Of a DNA stretch of 64,000 bases, positions 42,071 through 54,301 are shown piece by piece. The position numbers and the translations under genes were made by a program. This stretch comes from Guillardia theta CCMP2712 (taxonomy: Eukaryota; Protista; Cryptophyta), in contig NW_005434673.1 in NCBI RefSeq assembly GCF_000315625.1, forward strand, positions 396,270 to 460,269. The letters run 5' to 3'. Within the stretch, counting starts at the first letter, position 1. Every line of letters starts with the position of its first letter. The notes beneath the pieces are model-generated. The model worked only from the letters and a program-made list of their open reading frames with translations. It ran no database searches and was not told the DNA's origin.

Positions 42071-42439
42071 GGCAACGTCAACGTTGACGGCCCTCTAGCA
42101 GTTGGACCGGGTGACCAGACAGGCAGGAAAACTTGGCTACGAGGAAGGGGTACATGCCGAGGATCAACAGGAGAAGTCACCTCCCAAGGTGGTGGTGTGT
42201 GTGGGAGGAGGATGGACAGAGGAGGATGTAAGTGACGGGATCTGACGGAAGGGAAGATGGAGGAGGAGGAAGGGAGCGCAGCGTTCTCGAGCCGCCTGCT
42301 TGTAAAACCAAAAAAAGGATAAAAAAAAGAAACGACCCGGCCGGGCTCGGTAAAGGGCCGTCGGCCGCCGGGCTCGAATCCTCCAAAGGAACTGAAAACT
42401 TGGAAAAAAGTTCTTTCTGCGGAACAAAATCCAAACAAA

Positions 42440-43738
42440 ATGAGTGAACAGGTGAGTGCGGCCGGCCTGGCAAGAGCAACCAGGGGAAGGGGAGGGAGGG
42501 AGGGAGACAGAGACAGAGACAGAGACAGAGACAGAGACAGAGAGACAGGGGAAGGGGCAGAGGAAGAGACAGAAAACGAGAAAGACGAAGGTAAAGAGAT
42601 CGAGAAAAGGAAATTCAGATGGACTTGCGCTCTATCAATGAAGCTCTGTCATTAATTCATTCAATACGAAAGAAGGACATGAAGTTTGACTGCTTGTGGG
42701 CGGTAGTTTGATGTAGTTTAATGTAAGAGGAAAGATAGATGTAGCGTATCAAATCTACAGGCAGCTCCCGACATTTTGTTTGTTTCGAAGGTGACGAATG
42801 TTTTCAGAACGTGTGTCGCTATTGTCTGGATGAGGAACCCAAGGACAAGCTCATGAATCCCTGCCGTTGCGCTACACCTGGTGGGTCAAGGCTGCCGCTG
42901 GTTTGGGGAGGAGTATTGATCACTGATGTGCCGGCAGTGCACAGCGATTGCTTGGAGAAGTGGATAACGTTGGGGGAGAGGTCTGCAAGGAATCTCAGAT
43001 GTGAAGTATGTCAGAGGTGACAAGCTCCTTATGCCACCTGTAGCTCGTGATGATGTTTCTTACAAACAGCCTGATACGAGCGAGGCTGCAGCTAGCTCCA
43101 CTCCACACTCTCTTCACGTTCAAGGGAGGCAGGAAGATCTTGGTTTGGATGGTCTTGAGACTGGGATACAGAGCTTTCATCATACGGTTGGCTCCCTCCT
43201 CTCTCCCTCTGATCTCCAGTGCCTTCCTCACTCTTCCATTCCAGCCGCCTTGTGCACAGATTTCGACCTATCATGAAGAAATGGAGCGAGAAATTCGCCG
43301 CCAGGAGCGTGAAACTCTTGGGTGAGTCCAGTACGGGCGGGGGGACAGAGGTGGCTCACGTGTTTGGTCCCCAGACCTGCTGGCTTGCGGGAGGGACTCA
43401 GCGTTTGTAGGCTTGTTCTCCTGGCTGTGTTTACAGCTCCTCCTCCGAGACCTTCAGTGGTGATCTGCCCGCTGGTGGCTGCGATCCTGTGGCATGACTG
43501 CTCCTTCAGGTTCTGGCGCTCGGCCTCGCGGTTCAGGAAGGAGAACGCTGTCCTCACCTTCCTCGATGAGAAGTCGATGGGCCCGGAGGAGGAGCAGGAG
43601 CAGGAGCAGGAGCAGGTGGGCCCCGCTCGCACGAGAGCCCGCGCCGTGACACGACCTCACCCCATCTCGATAGGAGTCGCAGAATCACGAGCAAGGGGAG
43701 CAGGGGTCGGACGGCGGAGGGAGAGCGGGCTTCCCTAG
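42440..43738 (+). CDS. RING-CH (RINGv/MARCH-type) membrane E3 ligase-like protein
   Basis: CRYC...LMNPCRC...VHSDCLEKWI...CEVC followed by hydrophobic segments. Confidence 0.85.
42505..42548. repeat. (GAGACA)n intronic microsatellite
   Basis: Direct reading. Confidence 0.9.
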
Positions 43739-43990
43739 ATTCTTGCTGGCAGCTCGGAATTCACTGTTGTTTGCTCCTCTCCCCCCTCCCCACAGCCTGA
43801 CTCGCTTCCTCCGTCCAGGTTTCATTGGATGAGCCGGTCGCTGCAAGATCGCCTGTCCTTCCGTCTCCACATCTCGCAGGTCCTCCCTGCGCTCAACTTC
43901 CATGCATGTCACCTGAACCCCGCGTAACAGGCACAAGCGGAGTTTGTGCTCGGGATGAGATGAGGGTAAAGGCGCGCAATGCCACGGGAT

Positions 43991-44040
<50 letters not shown>
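43991..44040. repeat. (GGAGCA)n microsatellite
   Basis: Direct reading. Confidence 0.9.
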
Positions 44041-44280
44041 GAGGGCTGGCCCTTGTAATATTAGGAAGTGAATTTATGACTCATCCTACGCATATCCTCC
44101 TCTTCCTCCTCATTCTCCTCCGCTTCACCCTCGCACTCTGTCTCTCTGCCTCCTCCCCCGCCCCCCCGTCCCGCCATCGTTTCATCCCAAATAAAGATTT
44201 CCCCGTTGGGCTTTCCTCCCGCAAACTTTTTACCCTCCGCCCCCCATGCACACCGAGGGCGGCGGACAGGCAGCAGGGCA

Positions 44281-45675
44281 ATGAGGAGATCTGGATACCT
44301 CTACCCGCACACAAGCAGCCGCCCTCTTCTCTCCCTCTCCCTCCTTGCCTCTCTCCTCCTCTCCCGCATCATTCCTGTGCGCTCTCTTCAGACCTTCCTC
44401 GCGGTTCGCTGCATTGCGCTCCGCACATGGAAGCTAGCCTCGTGCGGTACAGCACCGGCGATCAGGTCCTCAAGGAGCTTTCCTCGCACGCCCATGTCGC
44501 ACTGGACGGCAAACGAGGGCGACAGCATGCCTGACCCGAGTCTGAGGCTGTGGGATGCGCATAACCACCTTCACCTCACCCCCGACAGCCGCGACCTCCT
44601 CGACCTCCTGCAGGTCGTGATCTCATGCTTCAACACCTCCGCTGACAGCTCAGGGGTAGCCCGAGGAGGATCAAGTCTGCTTGTCGCTCATGGGCACGAG
44701 GGTCTCTGACTGGAGCGCCATCGCCGACCTTGCGGCCCAGCATGCGAGCAAGCTGGTGCCGAGCTTCGGGTTCCATCCTTGGTACGCGCTCGTGTGCTGC
44801 CGTGTGCATCGTGATGGAACTGAGAGAGCAACGAGGTGGGCGCACGAGAGGGTCGAGGAAGACTGGAAGCAAGAGCTCAGGCGCCTTCTGCATCAGCACC
44901 CGTCCGCCTGCGTCGGCGAGATCGGACTTGACGGCCAGTGAGTTGAACATGTACCACGGAGAAGAAACTTTGACACCCTGACCGACCAGGTGGATCCCAC
45001 CAGGTCTTGACAGCGTTCAGTACGAGAAGCAGAAGGAAGTCTTCCAGGCTCAGCTCGAGATCGCGACGGAGATGTCTCGACCGGTCGCCCTCTCCTCGTC
45101 ATCGCTGGCCTGACGCTGCTGCAGGTGTCGTTGCATTGCGTGAAGGCATACGGGGACATGTTTGACATGCTGAGGTTCTCCGACGAGCTTCCTCCAGCCA
45201 TCTACATGCATTCATTCGGGGGGAAGGTGAGGGGTGTGACCTCCCTGCTGCGAGCTGGGGCTGATGGAGACTCAGGTGGGGATGCTGAACAGTTTCGTCA
45301 AGATGAAGAAGTATGGCGACCGGTTCTACTTCGGCTTCAGCAGCTTCACCAACCTCCGGAGCCCCAAGACATCTCAGGTTAGCCAATCTGTTCACCTTTC
45401 TACCCCTCCCTCATCCTCTCCTCCTGTAGGTGATAGCCTCGGTCCCCGACGACAAGCTCCTCCTTGAGAGTGATCTCGAGGACGCCAAGGAGGTCCACGG
45501 GGCTCTTCTCCGGATGCTACAAGTCATTGCAGGTAGCTGAGTTCCCCCTTTTGCTTGTTCCCTCCTCTGATCTCTCTCTCCCTCCGCTCCCCCCATCCCC
45601 ACCTCTCCTCTGATCTCTCTCTCCCTCTCTCCCCCTCTCTCCCCCTCTCTCCCCCTCTCCCCCTTTCTCCTCTGC

Positions 45676-45746
<71 letters not shown>

Positions 45747-45913
45747 CTCCCTCCCTCCCTCTCTCCCTCTCTCTCTTGCCCCCCTCCCTCTCTCTCTTCC
45801 CCCCCCCACCACCCCGCCTCACTGCTTCACGCGCAGATGCGAAAGGATGGACTCTGGACTATGCTGCAAAGAAAACCTGGGAGAATGCTGAAACATTTTA
45901 TTCGAAGACTTGA
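44281..45913 (+). CDS. TatD-family metal-dependent DNase with an N-terminal presequence
   Basis: WDAHNHL, FGFHPW, VGEIGLD, SLHCVKA, MHSFGG, FYFGFS, LLLESD across spliced exons. Confidence 0.9.
45676..45745. repeat. (TCTG)n intronic microsatellite within a pyrimidine tract
   Basis: Direct reading. Confidence 0.9.
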
Positions 45914-46158
45914 GTCACAAGGAGCTTTCCTTAGTGACGGAGCGTTCACAGATTGGTGTGGATACAAGATGATGTTAGCCAAGATCTCTTCCTCGCCAGG
46001 ATCCGATCAAACAAGAAAGCGAGTCAAGAAGCAAGAGCGCTTCCAAATGTTGTTTCAGTTTCATTCCTTTCGAAACTTACAAACAATGCAACATTGCTTT
46101 CCACTGGCCTCGTGTTGAAGCCGCCTTGAGACATATCTCAGTTACCCTCTCTTCCACC

Positions 46159-47090
46159 TTTAGCTGCTGGTTGACAGCACGTGGACGCCATAGTCAAGGT
46201 TTGTGTACTCCGCCGGGCAAGCGCCAGGGGTCCAAGCTGTGAAAAACTCTCATCACCGATGCAGGAGCACAACCATGGACAGTGAATATCATGACGACGA
46301 CATTCACAACGTTACAGACACCAGCGAGACCTCAACAGTAACCGTTGCATCAGCACACAAACACTCCAATCTCGCATGAGAGAGCTGCAACGTGACATCG
46401 CTCGGACAAGACAAGACTTTCATCATCACATCCATGACCCTTCCAGCAAGCACTTCCATGTATCGCAACACGCGTGAAGAAACTTCATATCCAGGTCCTA
46501 CCAGTGGGTCCTCCGTTGTTGATGGCGATCTGCTCAGTCTGCGCACAAAGAGAATCATGTCAAAGGATACACAACAAGCTCTCCCCTGACCTCAGCAGCA
46601 AGTCCATCACCGTGAGTACCTAAGAAACCTCATCACCGAACTCAACCAGGGGAGACGGACGTACCGATTTGGACGCAGATGTTCTTGCCGCCCTGGTTGA
46701 TGATGGAGTAGGCAAATTGATCCAATTCCGAGAGCTTTCTGATAGCCGCGAACATTCCTGCAAAGAGAGATGAGTTGGGGCAGGAGAAAGGGAAATGGGT
46801 CGTGAGAAGGATCGTTTAGCCAGGGCAGGGGTCAGTGTTAGGTTTCAGGATATTTCAGACGCTCGCTCCGGGTCGGTGTTAGAATAGAGGAATTTGAAAA
46901 CAAAGATATCTTTGCTGTCTTTGCAGAAAATTTGATCCAAATACATGGAACATTCGTATCAGATCGCAATATTGAATCTGATCTTTCTTTTCGAATGCGT
47001 CAATGTGTGAAGATTTGTGATACACGAGCTGCCAACTACTTTGTGATGCAGCTAAGAGACCAACATTCTTGCACACACAAGTGAATGCCA
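46159..47090 (-). CDS. Multi-exon hypothetical protein
   Basis: Splice-bounded segments (MFAAIRKLSELDQFAYSIINQGGKNICVQI; GPGYEVSSRVLRYMEVLAGRVMDVMMK). No family recognised. Confidence 0.3.
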
Positions 47091-47581
47091 TCCTCGCATA
47101 ACGCTGATTTCCCTCTTTCTCCTTGCCACTCCTCTTCACTCCCCCGCTTCCTAGTCCCGCAAACCCACCCTTCGCTTTCTGCTTACCACATTTTCCCTTA
47201 CGCTCTTCCCGAGTCTGGCCCACCTCCCAACCTTTCTATTCGCCTTCTCGTTCTTGTCAGCTTCTTTCTCATCCTCGTCTCTCAAGCTCTCTGCTCCCCC
47301 GCTTCATCACATTATTCCATGGTTACGGCGAGCGAAAACCGCATCGCCATCTATTTTGGGCGCGATGAGGTGTTAAGCTAGTTGATAGCTAAACTTAGTA
47401 CAATTCCTCTTAATTTAGTATAAATTATCTTAAAGTATCTTAAAGTAGATATATTTGTTTTATTCAAGATGGATCCTGGCTAAAATTAGCTCTAATCTAT
47501 CCTGTTTGTGTTCACCACCCCTCCTTCCCCCCTCACGTTCACTCCCTGCTACACTGTGCTTGACTTACGCAATGCTGCACG

Positions 47582-50277
47582 TCAGGCCGCTCGAACGACG
47601 CAGCAGCCGATCGCCTGGGCGTCATGGCGACTTGAGTCAGCAGAGATCCTCGACGGAACGATACTCCTGCAAATCTTGGCATGTCTCAGCGATTTCTCGT
47701 CCATCAACTCCAGCGTTGAAGAGAGAGGTTTGTCTCGTTGCCAGAAGTAAGCATACTCTTGCTGTTGTTCGGTTAGTGGAAACATGTATGGGGGAAGATA
47801 AGATGATACCGGAAAAGTGTGCTCCTCTGTTGGTTGCATTCCGGCCACATCACTGGCGTTATAATGTACAAGATGATTCCCCACCCTCTTGCAGACAGGC
47901 GTGTACAGCTGGATCGTAGAGTTTTGTGCCTCTTGTTCCAGCTCGAGCAAGAGGGCTATTCCGGGGAATTGAGTGATGGAACCACCTGCAGCATGAAGAT
48001 AAGATGAGATGTGAAGATGAGATGAGATGTGAAGATGAGATGAGATGAGATGAGATGTGAAGATGAGATGAGATGAGATGAGATGAGATGAGATGTGAAG
48101 ATGAGATGAGATGAGATGTGATGAGATGAATCACAAACAACACCGACAACCTTTAGAAGCGATGATTGTCTCAACGGCGTAATAAGCCCTCACCGACATG
48201 TTCCTCCGCGAGAGCTCTGACGGGAACGTGTACGTATGTACTGGGAATAACCTGGCAGTCTGAAGGGTTTGGAGGCAAAGGGATCACGAGACGAAACACA
48301 AGCATTCCACCACCTTCTTCTGATCATGGCAGCTCTTCCGATCGATGTCGTCGATGAAGATGAAGACGTTGAAGGGGTTGACCTCGGTGACGTACAGCAG
48401 CCGAGCGAGCAGAGCGTGCAGTCTTCTTGGTCTACAGCCCCGAAACAGCAAGGCAACAATGGGCTGCGGAGGATACGATGGCGACAAGATCCCGTAGGCA
48501 TGACCAAAGAACCTTGCGGCTCTCTGCAGGCTGAAACTCAGTGGAGTCTCAATGTCTCAGAGCAGCGATTCACCTCTTCGTGTAGCTGGATGCCCTCTTT
48601 GCTCAAAGCATCCAGGACGAGAAGCTCTTCGACGGCCTGCACCAGCCATTCCATCAGAATCAGAGCACACAAGAAAATCTCTCACCTGATACTCAACAAG
48701 TTGATCTCGGACGGCAGCAAGTTGACCGTCAATGAGGTCGAAGCGGGCATCGCCATATTTTGCATCCTGTTCACTCATCTGAACAGCCCCGGGCTCGTGC
48801 GTGAATTGAAGCATCCTCCTGTCAAGGCCGTTGCCTGCACTTACTTCGTGAGGATGCTACGATGGCGAAGGCTGCAGTTCACCAGGCCGTCGGACGTACA
48901 AGGTGGACGGTGAGGACAGCCATTTGACGCCTGCGTACGCCTCGTAGAGGCACATCATGTATGCACCATCCTCCATGTCCATGTGGAAGAGCTCTCCATC
49001 AGGATAACCTCCTCTGGCGGGGCAGAGGTCAAGGGCCCAACTAGGGACGAACGTCAAAGAAATCCTTGCCGTACATGAAGTCATGGGCCTCTTTTCTTAT
49101 GCAGATGTTCATCGGCGATGTGTCTTCGATGGCGATTTGCCAGTGAGGATGAAGTTCCTTGTTGGCATCATGCACGCTGAGGATTCAGCGAGAGAGATTG
49201 ACCTGAATAGGGGCCTGATGCGCAACAAAGGAGCTCTCGAAGTATTCCTTCCCGGCGTCCATCCTTAGCTTCACGAACGCGAGGTTCGTATGCCTGCGCA
49301 GCTGCTGGCCCTTCAGAACGCTGCAGCGACTGTTGATCCCTTCTCACCAGGTCCCAGCATGTCGGCACATGATGCTCGTAGAAGACATCGTCCGCCTCCC
49401 CAAACAAGATGATGGATCCCCGGGCGGCAGCAACACCATCGTTGCGAGTGACACCTGCAGCAATCAACCCCGTTGACTCCTCGCGACCAGTTCGACATCT
49501 ACAAGCACCTGCTCCTCGATTCCTCTCGTGCCTGACCAGCGTGTAGCGAGGCGGCGGAGCGAGGCATTCACTGCAGGCCCTTGCATTCCAGACGCCGCTG
49601 GGGTCCAGGAAGCGGGAAATTACTTCCACGCTGTTGTCAGTTGAAAAGTCGTCGACCACCACAACCTCGCAGGAGACTCGATTGAGGCCCTAAGAGCAGA
49701 TGTGAGGGGGGCGGCGACGATGCCGAGAATCACCAGGCTCGCAACAAGCATATGGAGCAGCTCAAACGATCGCTCGAAACTTTCAAAAGCGTGTATGACG
49801 AACTCCCCACAGTTGTAGCACGGCACGACGATGGATACCTGACGGCTTCGATGAGATAGATACACGTCAAAATTTGAGTCAAACTCACAGAATCTGGGTA
49901 GATCATGGGTTTCAAAGGCCCAGTGTTGGCATACCCCGCAGAGTTTGTTCCCATGCTAAGATACAGGCATGAGGGATATCATGACAACAGCATGAGAGCA
50001 AGGGGACCTGGCTGACACCTGCACAAGGAGACATAGACAGATTATCACAACGACCGAGGACCACCATCGGAGCACTTGCTGTTCTAGAGGAACCAGCATT
50101 TGATGACAGGCCCCCCACAGGTACGACAGCAGTCGCTTGTGAGTTCAACTCAACGAGCACGCATCATGCGTTAGCATCCAAGATTGTACATCAAAGAGTC
50201 TTGAGGATGGGAGATCCTGTGCCTCCCTCGCCTCCTTCGCGCCAGTTGCTACTGTTCTCGTTCGCTATCGTCGCCAT
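47582..50277 (-). CDS. Multi-exon GT2-family glycosyltransferase
   Basis: VSIVVPCYN, EVVVVDDFSTDNS, NRGAG..RNDGVAAARGSIILFGEADD. The start and the inclusion of 47582-48500 are uncertain. Confidence 0.75.
47993..48129. repeat. (AGATG)n imperfect intronic microsatellite
   Basis: gatgagatgagatg... with tgtgaa interruptions. Confidence 0.9.
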
Positions 50278-50369
50278 GCCCGACGAAGGCCCATGGCGTG
50301 ATGAAAACAGAACTTTTGCTTTGGGAAACTTGGGAAACTTGAAACTTTCAAACGAGAAAAGTCCTACTA

Positions 50370-50670
50370 CCGGGCCTCCGCCGGCCGGGCCCGGGCCGCG
50401 GGCGTCACTGTCACGGTGGCGTGGCAGCCTCGCAGTGACCGAGTCTGTGACTGCGCTGACTCAGCTGGCGGGCGGGACACCTGGAGTTGAAGGCTCGGAA
50501 GTCCGACGGTCACGACCGTCACGGTACGGTCGGCGGCCCAAAGTTCAACGCCGACTTACTAAGTTAGTAACTTAAGTTGAAGACTGTGAAAATCAGTTCG
50601 AACTGTGATCGGACTCGGAGCCCAGGCGGCACTGGCCGCCCGGCCGGGCGGGGGGGCCGGGCACCTGAAG
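50370..50670. promoter_or_regulatory. CCGG/TGAC/GATCGGA patch between divergent genes
   Basis: ccggccgggcccgggccg, gtcactgtcacgg, cagtgaccgagtc, tgactcag, ttactaagttagtaa, tgatcggac. Confidence 0.45.
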
Positions 50671-50746
50671 GCTGAAAAAAAAGTCATGAATGATTGCGCC
50701 GCCCGACCGGCGACGCCACAATCCGATCGCTTCTGATCGACACATT

Positions 50747-51933
50747 ATGTCCCTGCCGCAGAAGGACAGCGATTGGTCGCGGCTGATAGGCTTCCGAGGG
50801 CAGGAAGAGAAAGATGAAGCTGCTCCTGAGGCCACCAAACGTACGTTGAACTACCCCCACAGCAGTGTCACTGACCGTGATTGCCGGTGAAGCAAAGGTG
50901 ACGGTGATCCGAAAACCAGCGCCTGTCGCTGAGTTCGGCGTTGGCATCCTGCTGGATAAGCTCACCATGAAAGTAACAGGGTGCATTCCTGGCCTAGCTG
51001 CAGACAGGAGTGGAATGATCCTGCCTGGAGATGAGATTGTGAAGATCAATGGTGGAGTTTCTTTCTCCGTTCATATCGGAAGCTGGAATTAAGCTGGTGG
51101 GATTGACGGCATGGCTTTCCGCAGGCAAAGAGATGTTCTATTGGGACGACCCGCTGGAAGGATTTGAGAATTTAGGTTTTCTAGGTGAAACGTTCTGGCA
51201 GGTTTTGCTTATCAAAATGATTTGCTGCTTGGTTGTAGGAAAGGAAGGCACTTTGGTGCGTGTTGATGTCAAAAGACTAGAAAATCCGGGAACTCCTGTA
51301 GGGCTCATTCATGGTCAGCCCAGCAAAACCTGACTGACTCGCACCACTGCAGATTCAGCGATACAGATGGTTTGCAATTGAGCTGATGCGGGGAACATGT
51401 GAATACTTGGATCTCTACAACAAATGTCGAACTTTGGTGAACTTTAACTCACTCAAGAAGGATGCTGAGCGATGGCGCGGCAGGAGTTTCGCAATTCGCA
51501 GCTAGAACGTCCGGAGAAGGAGGTGAATGTGAACGTCGACCATGTCGACCGGTCGGACTCTCTTGAGCTTCGAGAAGAAATAGAACGGTTGACCCGGCAG
51601 TTGGAGTTGATGCAGAAGAAATCTACTGAAGATGACGCTGAAATCGAAGATTTAAAGCGGCAAAACAAGAAGCTGTCATCGGAAACTGAAAGAGCTTATG
51701 GCGAAATGAAATCTTTGAAAGACATGATTGAAAAATTGCGAGCACTTCTGTTGGAAAATGACAAGTGAGTTTTGTTGATATTGTTTTGGCTTGTAAAAGC
51801 ATCCTGCAGGGCTGCCGAGATTGAAAGACTCAAGCTTGAGCTAAAGAAAACTCAACAAGAACTGGAAACAACCCGATACAATTTTGAGCAAGCCCACAAG
51901 GCTCGAATCCAGTTGGAGGCAAAACTCACTTGA
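50747..51933 (+). CDS. PDZ plus coiled-coil protein
   Basis: FGVGILLDKLTMKVTGCIPGLAADRSGMILPGDEIVKING, GKEGTLVRVDVKR, then a C-terminal heptad region. Confidence 0.8.
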
Positions 51934-52071
51934 TTTGGATTGGTGGGCTAATATCTTGCTTATATCTTTTATGCAGAGTTTTGAATCACGAATGAATCTT
52001 TGATGTATTTTTAGCTAATATGCACGAGCATTCGGGGAAGAAACCCAATGGTTTGCCATGACGAAGGAATA

Positions 52072-53243
52072 TCATAATTCTGTAGTCTTTCCACTGCGAA
52101 AATCATCTGTGGGTGTGTGGGGTATGTGCAGACTCATCCGGCCCATAGAGACTCCGTCAAGCTCATCATTGGATGCAGCTTTTTCGAGCTTCTTCTCAAG
52201 GTCACCGGAGCATGTTTCATCTGAATGCTCTTGAACGTTTGCAGCCAAGCCGCTCCATCCATCGCCTAGCATCTTGATCATGTTCCTTTCCTTCTCTGGT
52301 AGCAAGTATTTTGCAATCCTCCAGAACTTCATGATGTCAGTGAGACAATTGCAGAAGAGGCAGTCGTCACCGAGTCAAAGAACCAAGGTTCTCCGATAAT
52401 CACAATCCCCACGATGTGTTGAGGAAAGTAATGAAGCAACCCAAGCCTGGTCCAACGCAACGAGGGGACACACAGAGGAAAAGCAAGTGAGGAATCAGTG
52501 CGGCATTTCAATACAAAATATTCTCACCCTCCAGATCGAAAGATTTGCCACATGTGTACAAGTCCGAACTCACTGACATCCTGTACAACCACCAAACCTC
52601 TCTCCTAATCATTCGAGTCAATTCTCACTTTTGCAGGGCTGTTCCCACCTGGATTTCACTAGAGTGGAAGATTGCCTCATGTATGTAAATCTGCCATTGG
52701 AACAGCTCGGATCTGACTACGAGTCAAAACGCGAAGGGCCAAGAACAGAAAGAAATGTGACATCACATGCTTCTGTTCCAGTCGAAAAGTCGATTCCGAA
52801 CAACAAGCACTTTCCTTTTTCCGCTACACGTCTCACCATTCAACAAGACCTGCGATATCGGACCATCATCTCTACAGCGCCATGTTTCCACATGCGAAGT
52901 ACACCGCTCCGCTCCGAATCATATTTACCGCCTCCCCGCTCGTCAAGTTTCTGTAGCTGCCATGGAGTCAATGCTTCAGATTTCTCCCCTCCAACCGAGA
53001 TTACAGATGTTCGTTCTTTCTTCTAAACTCGAGAATCCGATTCTTCACTCTCTCGACACATCCCTGCTTTCCCGGTTCGATACGTCCACATGAAGCCCTT
53101 ATCGCAGCATCCTCCACTTCGACCTGCTTCGTGAACGATGGGGGGATGTCATGAGCCGCTTCTTCTGCTCGTACACTGCGACACGTCACAGTGATCGCAA
53201 CAAGTAGCACGAGCTGCTTCCTCAACCAGCCACTTGCCGCCAT
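52072..53243 (-). CDS. CRAL-TRIO (Sec14-like) domain protein with a signal peptide
   Basis: GLVVVQDVSEFG, LLHYFPQHIVGIVIIGEPWFF, FWRIAKYLLPEKERNMIKMLG; N-terminal LVLLVAITVTCRSVRA. Confidence 0.7.
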
Positions 53244-53319
53244 TCCCCTTCTCTTCACGCCTCAACCTCGAGCCCTCCTTTTGAGCATTGAGCGCCAATA
53301 GATGTTTTATGAGTCGACC

Positions 53320-54290
53320 CGGCGCTGCCGGGCCCGCGCCGGGCGGGCCCAGCGCGCACCCGGCCCGGGGACGGTCGCCAAAGAAGCATCCAGCCCGCCT
53401 CATTGCATGGTAGTAGGAAAGCACCGGGGCAGCACCTTCGAACCCGTTCGAATGCCAGGGGTCGCAATTGAAGCTCCTCAAAGTTGCTCATGTGGGCTAA
53501 AAAGTCACGTTACTAGTCACGTTACCAGCATGGCCCGTCACGGCAAAGAAGGGCTAAAAGAAGGGGTGGGGTGGCTAATAATAACTTTAGATCTGCTTTA
53601 AATGGTTTTAATTATCTGGGGTCGATCTAATTTTAATACCTTTTTTGAAAAACAGACTCTCCATTCCCAGGTGGGGTAGTGTTGATTCAGTACAATTATT
53701 GAAGGATTTGTCTCTGTCAGTTGGGTGGGGTAGTTTTATACTGATGTTGTTAAGTATTACTTGTATTTTAGAGTGGAGGAATAATACTCAGGGTAGGTAT
53801 GATACGCTTTTAAAATCGTGAATCTTTTTTTGTCTGGGTGGGGGTTATCTATATCGCTGGCAATTGGTATGACCCCTAAGGGCCTTCTCACTTTCTCGAG
53901 TCATGTCTTAAGTCAATAACCACAAGTGGTTACCCTTTTGAATTTATGGAGATGAGGGAGTTCCTGGGGTGGGGTATCCTGTCATCGACAATGGAGGACT
54001 TCGAAAGGGTGGGTTATACGTTTCTCCCCTGTAGGACATGTTGAGGGTGGGTGTGAAAAGGACTTTGAGAGGGTAGGGGTGTATCCACTGGGCTAAAACT
54101 AGTTCTAGGGAAAAAAGGTAATACCTGCGTGTACAAGGATGGAAGATTTGAAGGGTGGGGGTCCTGGGGGATGTTTTATAACCTTTATACTGTAGGGTCT
54201 TTTGATTATGATCGAGGGGGTGCTGGTCAGAAAGGGGTAGGTGGTCCTCGAAGGGGGTTGTAAACGATTAGGTCGGTCGATAGGATAGGC
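53320..54290. promoter_or_regulatory. CCGG patch plus a long GGGTRGG cluster between divergent genes
   Basis: More than a dozen gggtgggg/gggtagg motifs spaced by AT-rich DNA between 53563 and 54260. Confidence 0.5.
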
Positions 54291-54301
54291 GGCGAACAAT
54301 C

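Noticed and set aside
53560-54290. Interstitial telomeric repeats
   Set aside because: The G-rich motifs are dispersed and variable, not tandem perfect repeats.
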